A stretch of DNA of 64,000 nt from an uncultured Planctomycetota bacterium (GCA_963752285.1 CAVVXN010000005.1:2240001-2304000), one strand, 5' to 3'. Numbered from the stretch's first letter, positions 9,799 to 19,461 are shown. Numbers and translations: made by a program. The notes: a model not told the origin generated them from the sequence alone.

Positions 9799-10029
9799 CT
9801 ACGCCGGGCCCGGCTTCCCTTCCAGGGGCGGGCACGCCCCCGCGCGGGGCACGCCGAGCCGCTCGAGGACCGTCATCATCGGACACCAGTTCGTGAAGGC
9901 GCTCTGGAACAGGTTGAGGCCCACGAAGCCCGTGAACGCGAGCCACCAGAGCGAGTGGACCTGCGACAGCACGACGCTCAGCATCACGAAGAACCCGGCG
10001 ATCAGCCGGAGCATTCGTTCGACGTTCAT
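9799..10029 (-). CDS. DUF2892 (YgaP-like) small membrane protein
   Basis: MNVERMLRLIAG...FVGLNLFQSAFTNWCPM, with SD AAGGAG upstream. Confidence 0.85.
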   Translation of the reverse strand: MNVERMLRLIAGFFVMLSVVLSQVHSLWWLAFTGFVGLNLFQSAFTNWCPMMTVLERLGVPRAGACPPLEGKPGPA

Positions 10030-10109
10030 GAGGATCTCCTTCGGGCGACGAGTCTCCGCGCCGGGCGGCGGTTGGCCACCTCCCGCCCGAGAGCCCCCCG
10101 GCGGGCGCG

Positions 10110-10979
10110 TCAGTCCGCCAGGCGGCTCCGGCGGGCGAGCCCGTCCATCCCCCACCGGGCGAGGAACGAGGTCCAGGGACCGCGCGGGGCGCCCTTCCAC
10201 CGCAGCGCGTCCACGTCGAACGCGATCGGGACGTCCGTGACGAGCGTCGCGAGCCGCTTGTAGAGCGCCGCGTCGGCGCGGCGGGCGGCGAGGGTCGCCG
10301 CGAGGCGGGGCGTGCCGCGCACGTGCGCGGTCCACCGCGCCGGGTCGTCGGGAACCGCCTCGAGGGACCCGTGCGCCGCGAGGACCGCGGCCGCCGTCTT
10401 CGCTCCAAAGCCGGGCACGCCCGGGATGCCGTCGGCGGCGTCCCCCACGAGCGCGAGGAAGTCGGGTACCCGACGCGGCGGGACGCCGAGCTTCTCGACC
10501 ACGGCGGCTTCGTCGCGCACGACGTCGAGCCGCCGGTCCCACTGGACGACGAGGCCGTCTCGCACGCACTGCGCGAGGTCCTTGTCGGGGCTCGCGATCA
10601 CGACGCGATCGAACACGGCGGCGCCGAGACGCGCCGCGGTCGCGAGCGCGTCGTCGGCCTCGTGCTCCACCATGGGCCAGACGACGAGCCCGAGCGCGCG
10701 AAGCCCCGCCTCGGCGATCTCGAACTGGCCGAGGAGCCCGGGGTCCACGCCCTCGCCCGTCTTGTAGCCGGCGAAGAGACGGTTCCGGAACGACTCGATC
10801 ACGTGGTCGGTGGCGATGCCCACGTGGGTCACGTCGTCCCGCGCGAGCAGCGCCAGCATCGACTGGAGGAGGCCGTACGTCGCGCCCACCTCGGTCCCGT
10901 CGGGCGCCGTACGCGCGGGCACGGCGAAGTACGAGCGAAAGAGCTCGTACGTCCCGTCTACGACGTGAAGCGAGGTCAC
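10110..10979 (-). CDS. Stand-alone 5'-3' exonuclease / flap endonuclease (PIN + H3TH)
   Basis: VVDGTYELFR, FRNRLFAGYK, EADDALAT, SPDKDL, LVGDAADGIPGVPGFGAKTA. Confidence 0.92.
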   Translation of the reverse strand: MTSLHVVDGTYELFRSYFAVPARTAPDGTEVGATYGLLQSMLALLARDDVTHVGIATDHVIESFRNRLFAGYKTGEGVDPGLLGQFEIAEAGLRALGLVVWPMVEHEADDALATAARLGAAVFDRVVIASPDKDLAQCVRDGLVVQWDRRLDVVRDEAAVVEKLGVPPRRVPDFLALVGDAADGIPGVPGFGAKTAAAVLAAHGSLEAVPDDPARWTAHVRGTPRLAATLAARRADAALYKRLATLVTDVPIAFDVDALRWKGAPRGPWTSFLARWGMDGLARRSRLAD

Positions 10980-11500
10980 GTCTCGGTCTCGACGCCGCCC
11001 TCCGCGAGCGCACGGACGAACGCGTCCGGGTCCGCGCTGCCCACGAGCAGACGACGTCCGTCGGCGAGCTGGAGTCGCACGCCGCGGTGGCCCTGGACCG
11101 TCCACGCCCATCCCCTCGAGAACCACCACCGGAGGCCCCAGCCGCCGTACTCGCGGATCGGGTGGTACGTCACGGCGCGCGCGGACGAGATCTCGCCAAA
11201 GGGGATGCGGCGGTGTCGGAGCGGAACGTAGCGGAGGTCCAGCGCGTCCGCGCCGACGACCGTCTCGAGCCGGAGCGCGAGGAAGAAGACGGGCAGGACG
11301 ACGCCCATGCCGATCGCAATCAGGGTGAGCGAGGTGTCGGGCGCCGGTCGCGTGCCCCAGGGGATCCCGAGCACGACCTGCACGACGAAGCCCCACCACG
11401 CGAGCCCCACGATCGAGGCGACGAGGAGCCAGACCCAGAACATCCGCATCCGCTGGACCTCGCGGAAGCGGACGCCGGACGGGGACACGGGCTCGGCCAC
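10976..11500 (-). CDS. Small membrane protein, DUF6141-like (2 TM + PH-like domain)
   Basis: FREVQR, two TM segments, YHPIREYGGWGLR, G..GVRLQL..GRRLLVGS. Confidence 0.7.
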   Translation of the reverse strand: MAEPVSPSGVRFREVQRMRMFWVWLLVASIVGLAWWGFVVQVVLGIPWGTRPAPDTSLTLIAIGMGVVLPVFFLALRLETVVGADALDLRYVPLRHRRIPFGEISSARAVTYHPIREYGGWGLRWWFSRGWAWTVQGHRGVRLQLADGRRLLVGSADPDAFVRALAEGGVETET

Positions 11501-11520
11501 GCTTGGAGGCTACGCCCCGC

Positions 11521-13182
11521 TCAGCGCGTCGCGACGCGCGGGTCGAGCGAGGCGAGGGCCAGGTCGCCGTTCTCTCCCTCGAGGGCGTACCGGAGCACGC
11601 CGATGACGCGGCCGTCCTTGCTGCGGACGGACGCCTGCCCGTCCACGACCGCCACGAACACGCGGTCGTACGGGGTCGCACGGAGCCAGCCGGCCAGGGC
11701 GTCGATCGCGGGCTTCCGCCGGGCGAGGGTCGGCCGGACCGACGCGTGGGCCACGGCCGGCAGGTACTGGAGCACCGTCGCCTCGGAGGCGAGGGGAAGC
11801 GCCCCCGGCCCGCGCGCGCGCGCGGCGGCGAGCAGGCCCTCGATCACCACACGGAGCCGCCCCGGAACGCCCGCGGCGAACGGCTCGGTCTCGACCGGAG
11901 GGAGCGTCAGGTCGTCGGGGAAGCGCTCGACCACCCAGTTCGCGTAGACGACCTCCATGCGGTCGCCCGAGGTCGCCAGCGTCACGTCCACCTTGCCGAC
12001 GATGTGCACGCCGCTCGTGAGGTACGCCTGCACGCGGATCGTGGCGGGGACCACGCCGTCGGCCTGCGGAAACGCCTCGCGCGCCTCCTTGAACAGCTGG
12101 GTGACGCCGAGCCCCTGCCGGCGACGCTTCACGAAGAGCGAGCCCGGCACGTCCCGGAGCTCCGGGTCGGTCACGATCCGGTCCAGCCAGCCGCCGAGCA
12201 CCCCACTCCACGCGAGCACGCCGGTCTGCGCATCGGCGAAGGCCGACGCGGGGACCTCGCCTCCGCGCGCGGCGTAGGACGGCAGCGGGTGTTCGACGAC
12301 GCTCTGGGGGGTCTTGTCGCGACCGGGGTTCGGGATCGGCTCCAGCACGAGCTGGAACGCGCCGGGCTCTGCCGCGCCGTCGTCGGGCCACGGCGTCTTG
12401 CGCGGCCGGATCGGCGGAACCTGCACCGGCATCGGGTCGGGCGGAAGGACCGCGTCCTCCACCCACACCTGGGGGACGATCGCCTGGTTCGATGTGTCCA
12501 CCATCATGCGGTACTTCATCCGCACGGCGGCGCACCCCGCGCGGTAGAGGAGGTCGATGGCCTGGATCGCGTCCTGCGCCTTCGTGCGCACGCCCACGCT
12601 CACCTCGGCCACGACGGGCTGGAAGTGCTGGATCGCGGCCTCGGCCGCGAGGTAGAGACGCGGCATGTAGGAGGGCTTGTCGCCGCGCGTCTCGAGACGG
12701 ACCTCGAGCTTCCGCGCGGTGCCGGCGGTCCCGTTGGCGGCGGGCGGTCGGCCGTAGGGAAGGAAGAGCGGGAACCCGAAGAGACCGTCGCCCGACTCCG
12801 CGCGCACCTCGATCCCGACGCGCGTCAGACCGACCTGCTGGCACGTGCCCAGCACGCTGACGACCCCGCCCCATTCCTGGTCGGCCGGCATCACCATCCA
12901 GACGTCGTGCGTCCGCCCCGCGGCCGCGGCCTGCTTGGCGCGGTCCGCGAGGACCTGCTGGAGCGTCTGGGCGTCCACGTCGGTCGGATCCCTGTCGATA
13001 CGGAAGAAGCCGCGGTCGCCGAGCGTGACCCACGTCCGGTCCGTGGACGGGATCGGCGCGCAGGTGCCGGCGACCGGCAGGCGCTCCGCCGAGACGTCGG
13101 GCACGTGAGGGCCCGCGAGGGCGGGCGCCGCGAGCGCGACCGTGCCGAGGAGAACGAAGGAGAGGCGGACGAGAGGTCGCAT
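11521..13182 (-). CDS. Exported hypothetical protein with two ExbD/TolR-like periplasmic domains
   Basis: Signal peptide ending ALA. Segments VWMVMPADQEWGGVVSVLGTCQQVGLTRVGI and AQDAIQAIDLLYRAGCAAV resemble ExbD C-terminal domains. Confidence 0.55.
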   Translation of the reverse strand: MRPLVRLSFVLLGTVALAAPALAGPHVPDVSAERLPVAGTCAPIPSTDRTWVTLGDRGFFRIDRDPTDVDAQTLQQVLADRAKQAAAAGRTHDVWMVMPADQEWGGVVSVLGTCQQVGLTRVGIEVRAESGDGLFGFPLFLPYGRPPAANGTAGTARKLEVRLETRGDKPSYMPRLYLAAEAAIQHFQPVVAEVSVGVRTKAQDAIQAIDLLYRAGCAAVRMKYRMMVDTSNQAIVPQVWVEDAVLPPDPMPVQVPPIRPRKTPWPDDGAAEPGAFQLVLEPIPNPGRDKTPQSVVEHPLPSYAARGGEVPASAFADAQTGVLAWSGVLGGWLDRIVTDPELRDVPGSLFVKRRRQGLGVTQLFKEAREAFPQADGVVPATIRVQAYLTSGVHIVGKVDVTLATSGDRMEVVYANWVVERFPDDLTLPPVETEPFAAGVPGRLRVVIEGLLAAARARGPGALPLASEATVLQYLPAVAHASVRPTLARRKPAIDALAGWLRATPYDRVFVAVVDGQASVRSKDGRVIGVLRYALEGENGDLALASLDPRVATR

Positions 13183-13390
13183 CGGGCGGGTCTCCGGGAG
13201 GGCGACGCCCGCCCGCGGGGCGAGCCAGAACGTCTCGAGGCAGACGGCCTAGAGTGTGCGGGCGCACGGGGGCCGGTCCAGCCCGGACGCACTCGCGGCC
13301 CCTCGGCGCGTGGACGGATCCCGATCGGAGCCGCGGTCGCCGAGCACGTCGGGTGGTAGCCTCGCGCCCCGACCCCCTCCGGAGCCCCCG

Positions 13391-15820
13391 ATGCGCCGCG
13401 CCTCGCTCCTCGCGCCCCTCCTCGCGCTCCTGCTCGTCTCGGGACGGGTCACGCCCGCCGAGGCCGAGGCGGCGCTGACGCCAAGGACCCGCGACTACGA
13501 CCTGATCCACCTGGACCTGGCCGTGGAGCTCGACGTGGACGCCGGGACGGTCAAGGGGCGCGCCGCGCTCTCGTTCACCTCGACGGTCGAGCACCTGAGA
13601 CGGCTGCGGCTCCACCAGACCGACCTCCAGGTGCTCGCGGTGACCGACGAGAACGGGACGCCCCTCGTGTGGCGGATCGAGGACGGCCTGCTCGTGGCGG
13701 ACCTCGCCGAGCCCCTCGCGAAGGGAGACCGCGCGGAGGTGCGCGTCCTGTACCGCGCGCGGCCGAAGCACGGTCTCTACTTCCACGCCCCGACGAAGGC
13801 GCACCCGTTGACGCCGAGGCTCGTCTACAGCCAGGGCGAGGGCGAGGACAACCGCTGCTGGTTCCCCTGCTACGACCTGCCCGACGACCGCTTCTCGTGG
13901 GACCTCCACGTGACCGTCCCCCGGGACCTGGTCACGGTCTCGAACGGGGTCCGCACGGGAAGCGAGCCGACGGACGACGGCCGGCGCACCGACGACTGGC
14001 GCTTCGCGGGTCGCGCGCCGTCGTATCTCGTGAGCGTCGCGGCGGGGCCGTTCGGCGTCGTCGAGGACCACGCGGGCGACGTGGCCCTCGAGTACGTGGT
14101 CCCGTCCGGGCACGAGGACGAGGCCCGCGAGGCGCTCGCCCACACGCCCGAGATGATCGCGTTCTACTCGTCGTGGCTCGGCGCGCCGTACCCGTGGCCG
14201 CGGTACGCCCAGACGTTCGTCTGGGACTTCGTGTACGGCGGCATGGAGAACGTGACGGCGACCACGCTGAACATGCGGGCGCTGCATCGGCCGGAGGCGC
14301 GTCCGAACTACGACCCGGACGGCCTCGTCGCGCACGAGCTCGCGCACATGTGGTTCGGCGACCTGCTGACCTGCCGAACCTTCGACGACATCTGGCTGAA
14401 CGAGGGCTTCGCGACGTACCTCTGCGACCTCTGGTACGAGCACCGGGACGGTCACGACGCGTTCCTCGAGCGCCGTCGGAGCCAGAACCGGTCGTACATG
14501 GACGGAACGCCGAACGCGGCGGGCCTGGGCCTCGAACGCGATCCGCGCGGCGACAAGCCCCTCGAGCTCCAGGGGGGCAAGCAGTACAGCCGCGGCGCCG
14601 CGATCCTCCACATGCTCCGCCTCGAGCTCGGGGACGAGCTCTTCCAGAAGGCGATCCGCGCGTACGTGAAGGAGCACCAAGACGACGCCGTCTCGAGCGA
14701 GGACCTCCGGCACACGGTGGAGGAGGTCGCCGGCCGTGACCTCTCGTGGTTCTTCGACCAGTGGGTGTACGGCGCGGGCTACCCGGTGCTCGACGTGCGG
14801 TTCGACGCGGGTCAGGGCCGCCTGGACGTCCGCCAGGTCCAGGAGCGGCGCGGCGGGCAGGGCCTGTTCCGCTTCACGCTCTGGGTGCGCGCGGGGCCCG
14901 ACGGTCCCGTCCTCCCGCTCCGGGTCTGGCGCGATCACCACGCGTTCCAGATCGCGGACGGCAAGCACCCGCCGCCGTACGTCCGCGTCGGCGTAGGGGA
15001 CGACCTCCTCGCGCGGGTTCGCTTCAACGCGGGCCCGGTCGCGTGGGCGGCGCTGCTGACGGAGGACCCGGACGTCACGGGTCGCCTCGACGCGGTGGAA
15101 GCGCTGGAGGCGGAGGGGGAGAAGGCCTTGCCGGCCCTTGCCACCGCGGCGCGGTCGGACGCCGCGTGGTCGGTCCGCGCCGCGGCGGTCCGGGCCCTCG
15201 GGCCGATGGACCTCGGCCCCGAGAGCGCCCAGCCGCTGGTGGGCGAGGCCCTCCTCGCGGCCGCGAGGGATCCGGATCCCCGCGTGCGCGAGGCCGCGTT
15301 CGACCAGCTCGGGGGACGGCCCCGGGACGAGGTGGCGGCGACGCTCCTCACGGCCGTGAAGGAGGAGACCCACGACTACCCGCGCGCCGCCGCCGCGCGC
15401 TCGCTCGGACGCGTCCAGGCCTCCGGCGCGTACGACGCGCTGCTCGACCTTCTCTCCGTGGACTCCCACGAAGACGTGGTGCGGGCGGGCGCGCTCGAGG
15501 GCATGCGCGCCCTCGGCGACCCGCGCGCGGCGGGCGTCGCCCGCACGTACTGCGACTACGGGTGGGACTGCGGGGGCACGGAGAGGCTGCGCTACGCCGC
15601 GATCGACGCCGTGGTCGCGCTCGAGCCGGACGCGCCCGAGACGCTCTCGCTGCTCGTCTCGCTCCTCGACGACCCGCACCGGGACATGCGCCGCAAGGCC
15701 GCGGAGTGGTGCGGCGACGACCACGTGGACGCGGCGCGCGACCGCCTGAAGCGGATGGTGCGCGAGGACCCCGACGAGGGCGTCCGCCACGCGGCCAAGC
15801 GTGCGCTCGAGAAGCTCTGA
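13391..15820 (+). CDS. Exported M1 family aminopeptidase with C-terminal HEAT repeats
   Basis: Signal peptide. WFPCYD, GGMEN, HELAH...WLNEGFA and YSRGA motifs, then HEAT repeats. Confidence 0.93.
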   Translation: MRRASLLAPLLALLLVSGRVTPAEAEAALTPRTRDYDLIHLDLAVELDVDAGTVKGRAALSFTSTVEHLRRLRLHQTDLQVLAVTDENGTPLVWRIEDGLLVADLAEPLAKGDRAEVRVLYRARPKHGLYFHAPTKAHPLTPRLVYSQGEGEDNRCWFPCYDLPDDRFSWDLHVTVPRDLVTVSNGVRTGSEPTDDGRRTDDWRFAGRAPSYLVSVAAGPFGVVEDHAGDVALEYVVPSGHEDEAREALAHTPEMIAFYSSWLGAPYPWPRYAQTFVWDFVYGGMENVTATTLNMRALHRPEARPNYDPDGLVAHELAHMWFGDLLTCRTFDDIWLNEGFATYLCDLWYEHRDGHDAFLERRRSQNRSYMDGTPNAAGLGLERDPRGDKPLELQGGKQYSRGAAILHMLRLELGDELFQKAIRAYVKEHQDDAVSSEDLRHTVEEVAGRDLSWFFDQWVYGAGYPVLDVRFDAGQGRLDVRQVQERRGGQGLFRFTLWVRAGPDGPVLPLRVWRDHHAFQIADGKHPPPYVRVGVGDDLLARVRFNAGPVAWAALLTEDPDVTGRLDAVEALEAEGEKALPALATAARSDAAWSVRAAAVRALGPMDLGPESAQPLVGEALLAAARDPDPRVREAAFDQLGGRPRDEVAATLLTAVKEETHDYPRAAAARSLGRVQASGAYDALLDLLSVDSHEDVVRAGALEGMRALGDPRAAGVARTYCDYGWDCGGTERLRYAAIDAVVALEPDAPETLSLLVSLLDDPHRDMRRKAAEWCGDDHVDAARDRLKRMVREDPDEGVRHAAKRALEKL

Positions 15821-15856
15821 GCGGCCGGGTCGCCGGGCGCGCGCCCGGGCCGTCGT

Positions 15857-16216
15857 TCAGTTGGCGGCCTTCGACGGCTCCGGGATGTTCCAGCCCTGGC
15901 CCTTCTCGGCCTCCTGGATCTCCTCGAGGAGCTTTGCGCTCGGCAGCGGGTCCTGCCCCTCGGTCACGTTCGCGCCCGCTTCCCAGAGGGAGGCGTTCTT
16001 CTCCTCCCAGTCGGCGTACTCGGGCGGGATCTCGTGGTCGGGGTAGATCGCGTTGATCGGGCACGCGGGGACGCAGGCCTCGCAGTCGATGCAGGTCCCG
16101 GGGTCGATGACGAGCATGTGGGGGTCCTGGACCTCCCAGAAGCAGGTCACGGGACACTCGACGACGCAGTACGTGTAGCGGCAGTCGACGCAACGACCGG
16201 TGACGACGTGGGTCAT
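15857..16216 (-). CDS. Dicluster ferredoxin (FdxA/7Fe-type)
   Basis: MTHVVTGRCVDCRYTYCVVECPVTCF and CIDCEACVPACP. Confidence 0.9.
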   Translation of the reverse strand: MTHVVTGRCVDCRYTYCVVECPVTCFWEVQDPHMLVIDPGTCIDCEACVPACPINAIYPDHEIPPEYADWEEKNASLWEAGANVTEGQDPLPSAKLLEEIQEAEKGQGWNIPEPSKAAN

Positions 16217-16319
16217 GATGCTCTCCGAGTCCGGCGTTCGGCCGGCGAGGATAGCCAGCGCGGCGCGAGAGACCAACCGCTCGCCAACCGAGCGCGTCTT
16301 CCCCGGAGGGGCCCCCTCC

Positions 16320-17027
16320 TCAGTTCGTGCGGGGCACGCTCAGCCCGACCGCCTCGCAGGGCTGCTTCTTGCACGGGATGACCGGGCACGGCGCCGGGCA
16401 CTCGCACTCCGCACAGTTCTCGGAGGGCTTCCAGGCCCAGTAGCCGGGGGTGTAGAGTTCCTTCACCCACTGGACGCGATACGTCCCCGGCACGTACTCC
16501 TCGCGGCAGCGGGTGACCGGCTCCGACCAGGCCTCGGTCATGTACTTGGGCGGGATCTCGGTGCAGTACTGGATGCCCCGCTCGGTCACGACCTTGTTGC
16601 ACCACTGGTAGCAGCCGGGCTCGTAGCAGTACTTCCAGCAGTCCGCGCCCCCCGGACCCGGGACGCGCTTCCACACGTACCCGCCGGGCTTCACCTGGAC
16701 GACCGCCTGGTCGCACCGGAGGTCGGGGGTCTGACACACTCGCTGCTCGGCGGGCTTCACGCACACGTCGCGGAACCGGGTCCGCATCACGGTCTCGGGG
16801 GTGACCTGGGTCCGTGGCGGGGACACCATCACGAGGCGGGGCACGTTCCGGTAGACCGGCGGCACCCAGACCCTGCAGTACGTGGTGCAGGGCAGGGGAT
16901 CGGGGGGCAGGTCCGTCGGGAGGACCCCGCAACCGACCCCGCCCCGTGGGGCGGACTGGCACCCGACGAGGCCGAGGAGGGCCGCGCCGAGGACGGCCGA
17001 AGCGATGCGTGTGTGGCTCCGAGTCAT
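16320..17027 (-). CDS. Cys/Pro/Val-rich lipoprotein of unknown function
   Basis: Lipobox LVGC, about 19 Cys, recurring V.P..Y / VKP motifs, SD GGGAG upstream. Confidence 0.7.
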   Translation of the reverse strand: MTRSHTRIASAVLGAALLGLVGCQSAPRGGVGCGVLPTDLPPDPLPCTTYCRVWVPPVYRNVPRLVMVSPPRTQVTPETVMRTRFRDVCVKPAEQRVCQTPDLRCDQAVVQVKPGGYVWKRVPGPGGADCWKYCYEPGCYQWCNKVVTERGIQYCTEIPPKYMTEAWSEPVTRCREEYVPGTYRVQWVKELYTPGYWAWKPSENCAECECPAPCPVIPCKKQPCEAVGLSVPRTN

Positions 17028-17306
17028 GCCTGCTCCCTACCGCGCGGACCACCGGCGCCCGGGCCGCCAGGGCCCGAACCTCCCGCGGCCTTCGTAGCAC
17101 GTCGCCGCCCGACGAGGAAGAGCCGGGGGCCCCCGCCGGAGGCCGCCGGGGCGCCCCGCCGGGCGCGGGCTCCCCGCCGAGGTCACGAGCCGGTCACCCC
17201 CGGTGCCGGCGGGACGCCGGGACCGCCCGGGGCGCCGCTTGGGAGCGACACGCGGGCTTCCACCGGGGTTCCCGCGAACCGACCGGTAGGATCGTCGGGG
17301 AGAAGC

Positions 17307-18419
17307 ATGACTCGGTCCGACCGCCCGGCCCCCACTTCGGAACCGTCCGCCGTCCCCACCCCTCCGGAACGGGTCGTGGAGGTCAAGGGCTCGCTCGGCC
17401 TCGACCGGATCTTCACCCAGGCGGAGGCGGAGGTCGTGAAGGACCTCCTCTCGTACGCGAACGCCGCCGGGGACGCGTTCGGCCGGGACCTGGACCGGGC
17501 GCTCGACTCGGGTCTCCAGGGGCTCGGCACCATCGCGCTCGCGCTCGAGACGTACCCCTCGCTCCGGCACCGCCACGTCCTCGGCCGGAAGGAGCGGAGC
17601 CTCGAGACCCTCCTCCGCTCGCTCGTCGAGAGCGGCGAGCACGCAACGGAGTGGGGTCTCCCCACGAAGGCGGTCCTCGCGCGAACGTACGGGATCGCGA
17701 AGGTCCACTTCTTCACGTCGCTCCGCTACGTGCTGGACGCCCGGGAGGACCCGGAGGCCGGCGCGCTCCGCCAGCGGCTCACGGCCGCGCTGGACGAGGC
17801 CGTCTACACGCGCCTCGCGGAGGAGCTGTACGCGTCGTTCATCGGGTCGAAGACGATGTCGCGCGAGGTGAAGGTCCTCGCCGCGGAGCACCTGATCGAC
17901 CTGTGGGAGGGCCGAACGCGCGTCGCCACGTCGCGGTTCTGCCCCCTGCTCCGCTCCGCGTGGGCCGCGCGGCTCCGCGCCCCGCGCGTGTTCGGCACGC
18001 TGCGCGGCACGCAGGAGATCGTGCAGCTCCTGTTCGAGGACTGCGACCAGGAGTTCATCGACTTCTTCGTGCGCCACGAGCACGGGTCGGAGCCCCGCCA
18101 GGCGTTCGAGGAGTTCCTCTTCGACCTGCCGTTCGAGAGCCTGGAGCGCGTGCGAAGGCGCATGCGCGAGGAAGGGCTCGCCGTCGTGGGCCCGCGCGAG
18201 GTCGAGATGTACCTCGGCTTCGGCGAGGGGCGCCTGCGCCCGCTCGTCGCCGGGACGAAGTCGCTCTACACGTCGTTCCGCAGCCGCCGTGTCAAGGCGC
18301 AGTACCGCGCGTCGATGGGCGCTCCGGGCCCCAAGCGGACCGCGGAGGCGTACGTGCTCGAGGCGCTCCTGATCCGCGAGTCGGAGAAGGGCGGGCCCCC
18401 CGCCGCGCCGGAGGCCTGA
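17307..18419 (+). CDS. Conserved-looking alpha-helical hypothetical protein
   Basis: 370 aa ORF with normal high-GC codon usage. TAGGAT box and GGAG SD upstream. The stop overlaps the next ATG. Confidence 0.75.
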   Translation: MTRSDRPAPTSEPSAVPTPPERVVEVKGSLGLDRIFTQAEAEVVKDLLSYANAAGDAFGRDLDRALDSGLQGLGTIALALETYPSLRHRHVLGRKERSLETLLRSLVESGEHATEWGLPTKAVLARTYGIAKVHFFTSLRYVLDAREDPEAGALRQRLTAALDEAVYTRLAEELYASFIGSKTMSREVKVLAAEHLIDLWEGRTRVATSRFCPLLRSAWAARLRAPRVFGTLRGTQEIVQLLFEDCDQEFIDFFVRHEHGSEPRQAFEEFLFDLPFESLERVRRRMREEGLAVVGPREVEMYLGFGEGRLRPLVAGTKSLYTSFRSRRVKAQYRASMGAPGPKRTAEAYVLEALLIRESEKGGPPAAPEA

Positions 18420-19348
18420 TGTGCCTCGCATGCGCCGCGCTCCCCGCGGCGCGGGCCCCGGCCGACGGGGCGCCCGCGGGCCCCCCGCCGTTCCCGGGCG
18501 AGGGAGGACCGTTCCCGTGGCCCTCGGCGCCGCCGATCGGCGGGACGCTCCGCTGGACGGGCGTCGCGGGGATCGTGCTCGCGGTCGGGACGCACCGGGT
18601 CGCGTTCGACCCCTTCGTCTCGCGGCCCGGCCTGGTCGCGACGCTCTTCCGGCGTCCGCGCGCCCGGAATGACCTCGTCCGCGAGCGGTTCTCGGACCTC
18701 GACGCCGTATTCGTCGGCCACACGCACTACGACCACGCGATGGACCTCGGCGCCGTACTCGAGGCGTCGCCGCGCGCGACCGTCCACGGGAGCGCCACGA
18801 CGGGCGAGCTCCTCTTCCGGCTCGGGGCGCCGGCGACGTCCTTCGTCCTCGCCCGAGACGCGTCGCGATTCGAGGTCGGACCGTTCACGGTGGAGGCCGT
18901 CGCGTCGCGGCACGGACGGGTCCCGTACGTCGGCCGGATCGACCGGATCGAGATGCCGCGCCGCGGGCTCCCCTGGACGCCCTTCCGATACCCCCGGGGC
19001 GCGGTCCTCGCGTGGCGCGTCGAGGTGGGCGGGCGCGCGGTCTTCGTGCAGGGGAGCGCCGGCCTCGACGACGGGGCGCTCGCACGCCAAAAGCCGGCGG
19101 ACGTGCTCCTCGCGTGCCTCGCCGCGCGGAAGGGGACGCCCGGCTACCTCGAGCGCCTCGCCGAAGCCCTTCGCCCGCGCGTCCTCGCGCCCCTCCACCA
19201 CGACGACTTCTTCCGCCCGCTCTCGGATCCGCCGCGCGCGGTCCCCGGCCTCGACTGGCCCTCGTTCCTCGCCGACGCGCACGGGCTGGCGGAGCGGCAC
19301 GGGACGAGGCTCTGGGTTCCTCCGCGCGACCGGGACGTGGAGATCTGA
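18419..19348 (+). CDS. MBL-fold metallo-hydrolase
   Basis: FDPFVSRP, GHTHYDH metal motif, SRHG, PLHHDDFF. TGATG overlap with the upstream gene. Confidence 0.88.
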   Translation: MCLACAALPAARAPADGAPAGPPPFPGEGGPFPWPSAPPIGGTLRWTGVAGIVLAVGTHRVAFDPFVSRPGLVATLFRRPRARNDLVRERFSDLDAVFVGHTHYDHAMDLGAVLEASPRATVHGSATTGELLFRLGAPATSFVLARDASRFEVGPFTVEAVASRHGRVPYVGRIDRIEMPRRGLPWTPFRYPRGAVLAWRVEVGGRAVFVQGSAGLDDGALARQKPADVLLACLAARKGTPGYLERLAEALRPRVLAPLHHDDFFRPLSDPPRAVPGLDWPSFLADAHGLAERHGTRLWVPPRDRDVEI

Positions 19349-19461
19349 AGGGGGGAGGCCCGCCGGTCGGGGAAGCGCCGCCCGGGGACCTCGTTCTCGA
19401 CCTCGTGGCGACCGGACGCGCGACGAGCTTCCCGGCCCTCTCCTGCGCGCGGCGAGCACCG

